Shown: piece after piece, positions 11,421 to 22,915 of the stretch
How the letters are laid out: the number at the start of each line of letters is the position of its first letter
Numbering within the stretch: the stretch's first letter is position 1
Origin: Dimorphilus gyrociliatus
Lineage: Eukaryota; Animalia; Annelida
DNA length: 64,000 nucleotides
Direction: 5' to 3'
NCBI GenBank assembly: GCA_904063045.1
Contig: CAJFCJ010000044.1
Coordinates: forward strand, 1-64,000
Program-made: the position numbers and the translations under genes
Notes under the pieces: generated by a model
What the model was told of the DNA's origin: nothing
Seen by the model: the letters and a program-made list of their open reading frames with translations, nothing else
Database searches by the model: none

Positions 11421-14136
11421 CAAAACACTAAAATTCAAACTGAAAATTTTGCTTTTTATACAAATTGGTATTCAGCAACCTCTATTGTCTAAAATAAGAA
11501 AATTTTACAACCTTGAATTCATTGATTTAATATGAATGTCTGATGATGGTATGCATATTAAATGTGAAGTTAGTGCTTTCCATTCATTTTAAGAGAGATA
11601 AGTAAATATAAAACTTTTATCATATTGATAATAGTTTGTTATTTGTTGATCAGTATAGAAAAAAAAATGATTTTTTGAATGTTACAGTTTTCAATGATTA
11701 ATCTTTCACAGCAATTTATATCTTTATTTTTCTAAAATGTATTTTTAATGTTGTTGTTGGATGCTTTTGTTTTTTACGCATTAAATGAATATACCACATT
11801 TTACATTTTTCATGAACATTAAAAGTACTATCAGAAGTTGAAAATAGACAGCCATACTTGAATAAAATTGTGTCTATGACATTAAAAAAACAGACTATTC
11901 ATACAAGCTTTTTATATACATATAGATATGGATAGACTGTATTATTAAAGTAATAATTTGAAAAAGTTACCTCTTTAAATGCATTTATTGGCAATTATAA
12001 CTTAAAGTGATAAGTTATAAATTAAATAACTGTTTGATATTTATTTTTAAGCAATGGTATCTCAGATTTCTTTACATAAAGAAAAAGAATATAAAAAACT
12101 AATTGATACTGACAAAAATCTTTTCTGTTTTCTATTCAGAGTGAAATGAGTGCATATGTATTGGAACAGAAGTTTCTAAGCACATATGGTAGAAATTGCT
12201 CTGAACCATGACAGATGACACCAAGGACTGTGGAAGATAGTTGCCCTCTATTGATAATAAAAAAATATAGAAAAATACAATAACAAAAAAATTTTGTGTT
12301 TTTATATGCACTTGTAGCATTCCATTCCATCAGCACAGAGAAATTCATTTATGATGCCTAAAATTAAAAGACTGACTGTACCAATCATCTTTTTCAACTT
12401 TCAAATCTTTTCTATGAAAGTAGAACTTTAAGTTGTTCCTCTACAAGAATGTAGAATACAAACAGCTGTATATGTTCAAGAATTTGATTGCTCAAATACT
12501 TCATATGCATAAGTTGCTTTTATTCATGATTAGGTCATTCTGAGGTTTTGGGAGAATGTTAAGGCTAAATTGAATTTTAGTCTTTGTAGTTTGTAAAATG
12601 ATTTTGTAAAGAATGATTGAAAAAAAGACAAAGATGAAGAGTAAAAAATTTATTTCCCAAACATTCTGTAAACATTAGATTTAGTTCTGTAATTTTCCAC
12701 TATATCTCTGAAATATTGCAATTTACAAAAAATCAATATAGTCATCAATAAAATATGTAAATAATTTGTAAACTAGGAGAGGTAGAGAGTATCTGAAAAC
12801 TACTCATAAAACTAGACAAAATTTCCTACATTTTAGTCAATATCTTTTTAAAACAAGGCCATTGATTACCCTTCAAAATAGCCCTTGCAAAAAAATAGTC
12901 CATCAAATGAAAAATTTCTTTCACCACTGTATATACTTTCCAAAGAGTTTAACACATTTTACAAAACTTGTTAAATATTTTTCATTCAAATACAAAATAT
13001 ATTATTGTTTAATGCAAATATTGAGGATATTTTTTGTTATATGTTTGAATATTTTGACAGTTAGCATAATGCATCTTTTTTCATTTAGAAGAACTTTAAA
13101 TTCCGAGTATCCCCATCCCCAATAATTAAATTCACATACAAAAATTACCTTCTGCAGGAGAAAATATTTTTGGTCATCCTATAATTCTTGGAATTGATGC
13201 TGAATTTTTTGGAGAGAAATTAGCATTTAGGCCAAATTAGTATCATTAATTAGTAAAAGAAAAGCAATTACCATAGAGGACTATTCTAGTTTTAGCAGAA
13301 TTAGTGCTGCTACCATCATCAATAGAAGCTCCAATTTATACACCATCATTCTATTTTCAAATAGCAATATAAACAAGTAAAACTATTTGAATATAATAAG
13401 AAAAAAATATGGAAAATATGAATCATCTGTTACTTATTTTTTCTGATTTAGCTACAGTGAAAGTATATGTTGAACTTTCAACAGTAGCTGTCACTAGAAC
13501 TTGAACAAGTGATTAAATTTTTTAAACAGCCTATCCATAGTTTAGATTTTAGTATTATTATTTACTTTTTTATATACATTTTTAACATAAATCAAGTTAT
13601 AGCAAGACTCATAGGACTCATCAAAGTAATGTTGTATACATCAAATTTAAGGATGCAATGCACTTTATCATGGGAAAGTTGTATGTCTTACAATTTCTTC
13701 CATAAGGATTTATCTTGTATGGGTTTTTTTGACATTCCATTCTACTCCTTTGTGTTTGAGGTCTCACGTGTTGTTAAATATAGTGTTTAGTGTCTGTTTT
13801 TAATGGAGTTAGGGCATGAATGTACATTAAAAGTACTCCTAAAAATTCTTTAACAGAATATATCAATACCATTTTTTTGTATGAATTATAATACACAACA
13901 AAAAAAAGGCATTAAAAGTATATTCATCAGACTAGCTCAACCATGCATATGTAATTTTAAATAAGTATAGAGCAATACTCTATTTACACATCACTATGGT
14001 TTTTCTTTAATTCTACAGCCAATTGTAGATAATTGATATTCAACTCAAATATTAAAATTAAATTTATCCTATGTTGACAACAGCTCTAGTAGGTCATATA
14101 TTTGTTCCCTGATTTCCTCAGATAATTAGAGGGCCA

Positions 14137-14313
14137 GATTGAGCCAAGAAAAAAGATCTATCTTTGCAAATTACAAGAAATTTCTACAACACCTCACCAA
14201 TAAAATACAATGGAAAATACAACATAAAAATTTAATAGAATGTATTGTTTATGAAGAAATATACACAACTGTTCAGCTCAGGTTAAGCATAAAGGAAACT
14301 TATTATTTGTTGA
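14137..14313 (+). repeat. About 175-bp local duplication (second copy 15938-16113)
   Basis: AAAAAAGATCTATCTT...GGAAACTTATTATTTGTTGAC occurs in both places with few substitutions. Confidence 0.85.
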
Positions 14314-14525
14314 CTTTCTTTGAGTGCAGTGGAACCTCAATCCACACTTCCAACAATTTTTCAAATTCATGCTGTGGTTTCTATCAAAACTATGATGAAA
14401 TGCAAGAAAACAAATATACCCTCTACTTTTTTCACAACAGGAAAAGGAAATTGCAAAAAATAGTAAAATATACTTTTGAAAAAAAGAAAACTGGTAATAT
14501 GAAAATGTTTCAAATTTTTTGAATG

Positions 14526-14566
<41 letters not shown>

Positions 14567-14624
14567 GAACTGCAATTGAAAATTACATGTTTTTTCTTGT
14601 TATTTTTCTAACATGGGGTGAAAT

Positions 14625-14742
14625 ATTTTGGGCAGAAATGTCCCAAAGTGGGCCGAAATGTCCTGGGCCGAAATGTCCCAAAGTGGGCTGAAATGTCGCA
14701 AAGTGGGCCGAAATGTCCTGGGCTGAAATGTCACTGCACCCT
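14625..14742 (+). repeat. GGGCCGAAATGTCC subterminal tandem array of a MULE/Phantom-type TIR end
   Basis: About six GGGCYGAAATGTC-type units ending in TGTCACTGCACCC. Same design as the 6670-6748 and 47030-47128 ends. Confidence 0.7.
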
Positions 14743-15299
14743 TACCAACAACCTGAGCAGGAATGTATAATGTTATTGGAAAATATTTTATAATTTCAAA
14801 AAAATATCATTTTCAAATCTTATATTTTGATCCTAAAACTAATATTGAAATTGATAACCAATTTATTTGTACTGAATTTTTTATGAAATCATCGCCAAAT
14901 GTTGATTTTTAGTTCAATCTATAAAAAAGTTAATTTTGAAAAAAATAAATTATATTACAATTATTATAATTTTCTCTTTGTTTTGAATAGAAGAACTAAA
15001 TATTTTGTATTTCTTACAAATTGTCAATTAAAGATTGGAAAAATTGTTGATTGTTATTTTCAAAATAATTTTCATGAAAATAGACTTTTACTCAATCATA
15101 AATGCTTACTAAATTCAAAAGAAAAAATACTGTTTCAAATGTTTAACCTACAAATTATATCTCAATATGAGACTAAGAATCTAACAAAATTAACAAAGTT
15201 CTAATATCACGTGACAACATGTATCATTATATAGCTTATTTAAATTTTCAACAAATTCAAATGATTTGTAAACATTTTGATTCTTCCTTTGGAACATTT

Positions 15300-15582
15300 A
15301 AAAAATTTATAAATTGGAAATTCATGAAGGTGATTTCCTGATAAATGATGTTTGCAGAGAAAATGAAAGAATAATTATATTGTCTACACAAAGTCAAGTC
15401 AAATTAGTATCTCATGGAAAGATGTGGTTTATGGATGAAACCTTTAAATGTGTTAAGGTCCCATTTTATCAGCTATTTACCATTCATGGATTTATAAAAC
15501 AAAATATTGAATTGAAACAAGTTCTTTGGTCTTTGCATTTATGAGCTCAAAATCAAAGAAAGCATTAAGCTTTTGTTCAAGG
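15300..15582 (+). mobile_element. MULE transposase fragment
   Basis: ENERIIILST...GKMWFMDETFKCVKVPFYQLFTIHGFIK...QV. Confidence 0.8.
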
Positions 15583-15639
15583 TGAGTAGAGCAATTGGTT
15601 AAAAACTATAAATGTAATATTAACAAACCAATGTTCCCA

Positions 15640-15900
15640 TCTAAGGGTTAGGGGCATTGAAAAAGGTTAGGCAAAAGCAAGGCTATGTCTTAAGTGTTAG
15701 GGATTAGCACAATCAATACAGATTGGTAACCCCACAATTGCACTCACCCTTCTAACTTTGTTAGGCTAAAGGTTTGTGTGGCTCTTTAGGAATGGCTATC
15801 TAAAGTTGCCTAAGCTATTACTGTATCTCCAACAAATAACACATACAAATTCTCAACAAGTGTAAAGAGAACTTGTATTGCAGAAATATAGCAATATCTC
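15640..15900 (+). repeat. TTAGGG-like-repeat-containing interspersed element (homologous to 53210-53460 -, and 62305-62370 +)
   Basis: GTTAGGGATTAGCACAATC...ACTGTATCTCCAACAA...CAAATTCTC...AAGAGAAC shared with the reverse complement of 53210-53460. CTAAGGGTTAGGGG...AAAAAGGTTAGGCAAAA shared with 62305. Confidence 0.7.
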
Positions 15901-16118
15901 CAACTCTTTTTCATATTGACTGTTTTCTACCATATTGAAAAAAGATCTATCTTGGCAATTTACAAGAAATTCCTACAATGCCTCATCAATAGCATACAAT
16001 GGAAATTACAACATAAAAATTTAATAGAATGTATTGTTTATGAAGAAATATGCATAACTGTTCAGCTCAGGTTAAGTATATAGGAAACTTATTATTTGTT
16101 GACATGAATCTAAGTTGA

Positions 16119-16423
16119 TTACCATGATATACCATATTTCATATCACACTTGTATTTATTAAATGCACAATCAAATCCCTCGCCAGCTCTTCTACATGCA
16201 CGGCAGAAGCTTAAACTTGGGCTATAGCCCTGAAATGAGAAATATAAGAAATGGCCAAACTATCTTTTTGCTATACCTTTTTTAGTAGTTCTCTCATTAC
16301 AAGTTTTTCCATTAATATGTCATCTTTTTTAGATAATAGTTCCATCAATTCATCTTCTAAAAGTGTAGAAAATGCCAAATTAGCCAGAATTAAAACAAGA
16401 CAAATATTGAGGAGGTATTTCAT
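16119..16423 (-). CDS. Two-exon secreted Cys-rich peptide precursor (85 aa), join(16423..16277,16229..16119)
   Basis: MKYLLNICLVLILANLAFS (signal-like) + acidic pro-region ending KK + 47-nt phase-0 GT..TTTCAG intron + GYSPSLSFCRACRRAGEGFDCAFNKYKCDMKYGISW*. Confidence 0.7.
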
Positions 16424-16803
16424 TTTGCCAAAAAGATTAAAGATTTTATTAGCCAAAAAATGTCAAGCTATATTCAAAGTGTAGAGTTTACATACACACA
16501 CACAAATATATATATATATATATCCTTTGAAAGTATGTAGGCTAACTAAAAGACCTGAAAAACTGGTTTTGACATGTTTCACTTCAAATGCAGACAATAT
16601 TCTTTTAGATTCCTTTGTGTCCAATGCCTCACTTTTTTAAAATTGAAAGCAATCATACACAAATACAGAATTATTTTCAACATACACCAAAAATTACTCA
16701 AGGTGATAGAGGCCAAAAAAATAAAGGTAATATTTGGCCTTGTCATCTTTTACTAGAGACAAAATTGCTGTTTATACTATCTGATATATATATATATATA
16801 TAT

Positions 16804-17156
16804 AAGTATATCTGATTAATGCATGTTAAAAAGAACAGTATTGTGTATACAATAACTGTTGAATAGTGAATATAATCTAAACTTAGAATATAAGTACAAT
16901 TGATAATTAATTGTACTAGTTTTAGTTCGAAATCATAAATTTATGGATTAATAAATTGTAATATTAATGCTAGGTTGCAAATAGCAAATATTCTTTATAT
17001 AATTTAATAGATTTTATTGCTGCATAATGTGTTTGCACTGCCCTATGTGAAACTAGGTCACTACTGCTTATCTTTATCAGTGCTATCTGCATAGTACAAT
17101 ACTGGTTCAATACTACTTCTCTATTGTAGAATATAGCTGATGAATGTATGTGTACA
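16804..17156 (-). repeat. LTR-A: 3' LTR of element A, distal end lost at a (TA)n tract
   Basis: Near-identical to 50707-51057. Starts TGTACA on the minus strand, after a purine-rich tract (AAAGGACTGGGA) downstream of env A. Confidence 0.85.
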
Positions 17157-17211
17157 AACATCCCAGTCCTTTAAGACCTTGCTTCCACAAAAGGTCTAGG
17201 ACTTGTGACAA

Positions 17212-19590
17212 TTATGTTATCACCACTTTTTCTGAACATAGCAGTTCTATTTCTTCTGATTCAGCTGTTGGAGCTGAAGGTAATCTTTTTGTTTTTGTCA
17301 GTAGTTTAGACAGTCTGGTAAATTGAACTCTTTTCAGTTTTTTCTTCCAAATAAAGTAAATGAAGAATCCAATTCCATTCAAGAGTATAATTGGCAGAAG
17401 TGTGTCTATGAGTATTTTGAAAGGTTTTCTTATCCATGAAGAAAATAGATGTTGTGTTGGTGACAAGGCTGCATCAATTCCTAAATCATTTGCAAAGTTA
17501 ATATGCTCTCTATGCTTTATCAAAGTATCCTGTATGTATTCCAAAACTTGTTGTATCTGATAATGTTTCTTGCCCACATCTTCTTTTATACCTAGTTGTA
17601 ATAATTCAGTAAGTCTGACAACTTCTAGTTTTGGTTCTTCAATTTGACTGTTAATTTTCATTCTGATTGATTGTGCTGCTGCTCTTTGGAACCTGCATCC
17701 TTTCCTTGTATAATAGATAAATGTCTTCTTGCCAGAATGTATGGCATATTGATTTTGTTCTGCATCCAAAGGATATTTCTTGATCTTGAAGAGATGCTGA
17801 GTTTGGTCACATGTACCATATCTTATGTCTTCTTTTGTGATGTCATAAGCATGATGAAGTATTGGATCAATTGAGAATAGGAGATCTTTATATTTGATCA
17901 GAAATTCTTTTGAACATAATCCATTTTTTGTTATAATTGTTGTGTCACAAACTACTTGAACAGGTTTTAATTCTGTACATCTATTGAGGGTTCTTAGATC
18001 TCCTAACCATGTACTATGGGTTCCATGTTTAGATCCAAGTATTGTTGGTAGCTGAGGTGATAGTGGTGTAAGTAGGGCTATCATCTTGTTTCTCATGATA
18101 AATTCTTTGCATAAAAGTTGTGAAACTTGTTTAAAAACTGTTTGTAAATTTTGAAAATTGTTGTCAATATTGTTTAGTAGTGCAGCTGTTCTTATGGCAT
18201 CTTTTATATTTATTTGGTGTGGTTCTGGAATCTCTATGTTTTCTAATTGTTTCCTCTTCCATTTGTGATTTATTGGTTTTCTTTGTAACAGTGTATATTT
18301 GCCATTTTCTGTATGAATTTGAAATTGTGTATCTTTTGGGCTTTGATACCAAATGTTCATGTTTGGGAGTGGGTTGAAAGTAACTGGTTTTTTGTCCAAT
18401 TCAAACTCTTGTGATCTTACTAGTCAGGCAGGTTTTATCTTTGTTGTTTTCAGCATTTTTAGTATGTATTTGTTGTTAATATCCCAGATGTCTGGAGAAA
18501 TAATTTCTTTGACAAACCAAGTCCTCACTAATGGTGTTGCATGATTTTTTATCAGCATATGGTAGGTTTTGTCACCATCTCTATACCAATCATTATATGT
18601 TAAAATATCTTGTATTTCTGTGACATTGGCCTTTCTTAGTGAGGATTTCTTTCCAATATATTTCTCCAATCTATTAACTTCTTTATTTGAAATGATCTTG
18701 TATTTTGTATCCTCTATTATTTTATTGTCAGCATAATTAGAATTTGTAAGATCAGTTCTAAGTAAGTCATATTCTTTCTGGGGTACCAATACTCTGATAC
18801 CAGGACCACCATATCCTTTGATATATCTGTCTTGGTAAGGTAAATCCATTATTGCATAGTTGGGGCAGGAAAAATATCCTCCAAGTTTTACACATTCCAC
18901 ATTATGGGAAACCATTTTCCATGGTGAAACATGGCCTAGAAGACTTTGACCTTTTTCTGGATTAAATATAATGATTGAATCCAAAGTTCTACAAAATTTT
19001 TGTTTAAAAGAACAGTCTTCTAAATATTCCAAATTTGTGGTTATTTTATCTTGACTTGGATTCCAATAAGCCTTGCCAATTTGAAGGATTGTTGTAAATT
19101 CTTCCACCACTGTGGTTCTTGGCCATTTGTAATTTGGTCCTTTGTTTTCATTATACATAAGAAGTTTGCCTTTTTCAATTAGGTTTTGTCCATTTAAGGT
19201 TTTGTGTGTGTATAGCATTGTTCTGCATTGTTTTTCACTTAAGGCAAGTGTTTGTTTTTCAATTCTGTGTTTCTTTGCTCCAAAAAAGTAATGAGTGTAG
19301 AAATTGATTCTTCTTTTCACTGAACACTTGACAGCTTGAATTGCCAAATTGTCAGCTTTAATTTCATAGATGTTAGCTACAATTTTGATCATTTGTTTAG
19401 TTTCAAAGGCACATACTGGTTCATCTGCTAAATCAAATGATTGGTGTACTTGTTGTCCTTGACAAAACTGTAGTGATAGTAGCATTCTTACAGTTATGCT
19501 TGCTTTTGTTATGGATACATTTGCTTGGACCAAGTTTAAACAGCATATTGCTAACAGTGTATAACTTATTGATCCTCTGATAGGAAGCAT
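17212..19590 (-). pseudogene. env: Env A: class III-like viral fusion glycoprotein, one in-frame stop at 18424-18426
   Basis: Signal-like N-terminus (YTLLAICCLNLVQA). Shares FDLADEPxC, YFFGAKK, GKAYW, ITTNLxYLEDC and GGPGxxVLVP with env B. C-terminal TM LLPIILLNGIGFFIYFIW. ORFs 18424-19590 and 17212-18399 are in the same frame. Confidence 0.88.
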
Positions 19591-19594
19591 TCAC

Positions 19595-20348
19595 NNNNNN
19601 NNNNNNNNNNNNNNNNNNNNNNNNNNNNNNNNNNNNNNNNNNNNNNNNNNNNNNNNNNNNNNNNNNNNNNNNNNNNNNNNNNNNNNNNNNNNNNNNNNNN
19701 NNNNNNNNNNNNNNNNNNNNNNNNNNNNNNNNNNNNNNNNNNNNNNNNNNNNNNNNNNNNNNNNNNNNNNNNNNNNNNNNNNNNNNNNNNNNNNNNNNNN
19801 NNNNNNNNNNNNNNNNNNNNNNNNNNNNNNNNNNNNNNNNNNNNNNNNNNNNNNNNNNNNNNNNNNNNNNNNNNNNNNNNNNNNNNNNNNNNNNNNNNNN
19901 NNNNNNNNNNNNNNNNNNNNNNNNNNNNNNNNNNNNNNNNNNNNNNNNNNNNNNNNNNNNNNNNNNNNNNNNNNNNNNNNNNNNNNNNNNNNNNNNNNNN
20001 NNNNNNNNNNNNNNNNNNNNNNNNNNNNNNNNNNNNNNNNNNNNNNNNNNNNNNNNNNNNNNNNNNNNNNNNNNNNNNNNNNNNNNNNNNNNNNNNNNNN
20101 NNNNNNNNNNNNNNNNNNNNNNNNNNNNNNNNNNNNNNNNNNNNNNNNNNNNNNNNNNNNNNNNNNNNNNNNNNNNNNNNNNNNNNNNNNNNNNNNNNNN
20201 NNNNNNNNNNNNNNNNNNNNNNNNNNNNNNNNNNNNNNNNNNNNNNNNNNNNNNNNNNNNNNNNNNNNNNNNNNNNNNNNNNNNNNNNNNNNNNNNNNNN
20301 NNNNNNNNNNNNNNNNNNNNNNNNNNNNNNNNNNNNNNNNNNNNNNNN
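19595..20348. other. Assembly gap (754 N)
   Basis: Run of N. Confidence 1.
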
Positions 20349-21070
20349 GTACAATTTTAAGTAAACTAAGTAAATGTGTGTTTTTGAAAGAACAAGTTCA
20401 ATTCTTGGACACATTGTATCAGAAAAGGGGATTGAAACAGATAAGTCCAAGACAGATAAATTATATAATTTACAGCCACCAGTGTTTGCAAATTCACTAC
20501 TAAGCTTTGTTGCATTTGTGGCTATTACAGAAAATTTATACAAGATTTTGCAAGAGTAGCTAAACCTCTGTATATGTTAATGAAACTACATGGGAAAAAG
20601 GATAAATTGCAATGGACTGAGGAAGCCAAGCAATCATTTTTCAAGTTGAGAGATGCAGTAGTTAACCCTCCTGTATTACAACTACCTATTTGCTAAAGAT
20701 TTCACTTAACAACAGATGCATCGAATGTAGCTGTAGGAGGAGTTCTTGAACAAGTTTATGTAGATGAGAATGGGAAGAAACAATGAAACCCATTGCCTAC
20801 GCTTCAAAACAATTCAACAATAATCAAATGAAATATGCAGCCTATCAAAAGGAAGCATTTGGTGTTTACTGGGTTGTAAAGAAATTTTTACATTACCTTC
20901 AAGACAAGCCATTCTTTTTATATACTGACCATCAGAGTCTAGTACAAACATTTAAGCAAAACAAATTGAATGTCAGCACAGCAAAATGGGTCATGGCTTT
21001 AATGGATTTAAAATTTACAATTAACTATGTGGACAGGACGAAAAAATAGAGCAGATGCATTAACAAGATT
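20349..21070 (+). pseudogene. pol: Ty3/Gypsy-type RT C-terminus, connection and RNase H (frameshifted)
   Basis: SKC...LGHIVSEKGIETD, CGYYRKFIQDFARVAKPL, TTDASNVAVGGVLEQ, KPIAYASK, EAFGVYW...F..YL..KPF.LYTDHQSL, ADALTRL. Confidence 0.92.
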
Positions 21071-21299
21071 AGAAGAATATACACCCCAAGGAAAGTAACA
21101 TTTGAAGAGCTAATTCATGGAAAGATCAAAAAGGAGAATTCTCCCTCTATTTCAGTTAAAATGGAACAGTATGAACATATACCAGAGTTAACTTTTGTAG
21201 CTACCAGTGATAACAGTGAAGAGAAAATTGATTTGTCTTCTGTTGACTTACAGTCAGAGCAAGAAAAAGATGTGAATTTAAAATCAATTAAGAATATTT

Positions 21300-22470
21300 A
21301 ACATTGGATGTCAGCTACCTATTCCTTATTTTGGAACTTTTACACCTTCATAATGAGATGTTGTTCACAAGGAAATGATCTGGATATCCTTGAAGAAAGA
21401 AACATTCTGGTTTTACCTGACCATTTGATGCTAACTCTGCTCCCTAAATTCCATTAAAAATAAAATTCACAATCACCATGGACCCAGAATGACATTACAA
21501 ATAATTACAAAGACCTTTTGGCACCCCAAAATTAAAATTATGATTGAGAATTCAATAAAGGATTGCACTTTGTGTGAACAAATGAATGGTAGGAGTAGAG
21601 TATACCCTTTGTAGAAACCTTCACCCTGCATCACCAATGGAGTTGGAGCCATGGATATAATGGGACCCTTACCCATGGTTAAGTCATACAGATTCATACT
21701 TGTGATAGTGGATCATTTCCAGTAGATACACAGTTTTATATGCACTCAAACAGCAAACCAGTAAAGAAATTGCAAACCTTCTTTTCAACAGATTCTTTCC
21801 CATTTTTGGAATTCCAAAACAAATGTTGACAGATCAAGGAAGAAACTTTGTTGGTAAAGCTTTTAAAGAGTTTATGAAGGTATTAGGTATTGAGAAAATC
21901 CAAACAACAGCTTATAGAAGCCAGAGCAATGGACTAGTTGAACGAAGAAATAGAGAAGTGAGGAAGGAAATCAATAAATTAGTGGTGGAAGAAAATCAGC
22001 ATAACTGGGTTGCAAACCTACCCTTGATTCAAGCATTTTTGAATCAATCACCTGTAGGAAGTACAAGACTACCACCCCAGGAACTTCTTTTTGGCACCAG
22101 CACAAGAACACTGATTGATGTAACAATGCATACTACCTCTCCTGAAACAAATGTACTATTTGTATTCAATCACCAGCAGCAATTAGTACAGTTAAGAGCT
22201 ACAGCCTTCTGTAAATCCATCATGGCAAAAGAACAATATAGGGAAAGAAGAATAGAAATCTCAATCTTCCAAAATATTTTGAGGTTGATGATGAAGTATT
22301 CTTAAGAAATGATGCTGCAAGAATTGCGATAACAAAAATCCCTTCTTTAAAATGGTTAGGCCCATACCGAATAACAAAAGTCAATCATCAAAAGTGGATA
22401 TATGAAATACAAATGGATGATAATACATGCAAGTTGGTACATGGTAGCAGATTAAGACTAGCCAATGAAT
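21300..22470 (+). pseudogene. pol: Integrase (Zn-binding region, DDE core, GPY/F module), frameshifted
   Basis: HGPRMT...FWHP...DCTLC; DIMGPLP; VIVDHF; TDQGRNF; TTAYRSQSNGLVERRN; FEVDDEVFLRN...KWLGPYRI...VHGSRLR. Confidence 0.93.
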
Positions 22471-22569
22471 CTAATAAGTTGGAAACAGGGAAAGAAGCAA
22501 CAACAATCTTTCACCTTGTGGAGAAGGAAATAACACACCTCCAATATCTTTCTCAGGTAGAAGGAAGAA

Positions 22570-22915
22570 ATGACTTCCAATTCCGTTTGAAGAATCAAAA
22601 AGGCCAAGAAGTCATTGCCTTGTGTGACACAGGAGCATTGAGATCCTTTATTACTGAAAAAGAAATCAAGTTAATGGATGTTACAATTATGGATAAAGAA
22701 ACAATTGGCTTACCAATTATAACTTCAGCTGATGGGAAAGCTTTAAAGCAAAAGGAAGCGTAAAGCTGAATATCCAATTTGCTGGAGAAAGTATGGAACA
22801 AGAATTTATAGTTATGGAAAATCTAGACATAGCAATAATACTTGGTTGTGATTTCCTACAAACTGTGGGAGCAAACCTCAATTTTGAAGCTAAACAGTGT
22901 TCTCTCAAATTTGAT
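22570..22915 (+). pseudogene. Retropepsin (aspartic protease) located downstream of integrase
   Basis: ALCDTGALRSFI (DTGA at 22626) in frame with IN GPY. After a 1-nt shift near 22750, GSVKLNIQF...F.V..NLDIAIILGCDFL...GANLNF. Confidence 0.9.

Noticed and set aside
12130-12420. Ly6-like MIGTVSLLILG...MECYKC fragment (-)
   Set aside because: A stop follows immediately and I could not build a coherent exon chain.
13150-13510. Cadherin-like fragments (-)
   Set aside because: Motifs too weak and interrupted to support a call.
14528-14560. (TA)n, (CA)n and (GGA)n microsatellites (also about 5510, 16490, 16785, 28880, 40205)
   Set aside because: Ordinary simple repeats.
17136-17160. CTGATGA/CTGACGA in LTR-A as a hammerhead core
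   Set aside because: No GAAA or stem III follows.
19566-20543. 325-aa ORF in the ORF track
   Set aside because: Artefact of translating through the N gap.
22742-22748. T TTA AAG slippery heptamer at the protease frameshift
   Set aside because: It fits a -1 frameshift formally, but it lies inside the protease fold, no convincing downstream structure is seen, and pol has many other indels. A simple 1-nt loss is more parsimonious unless all copies share it.
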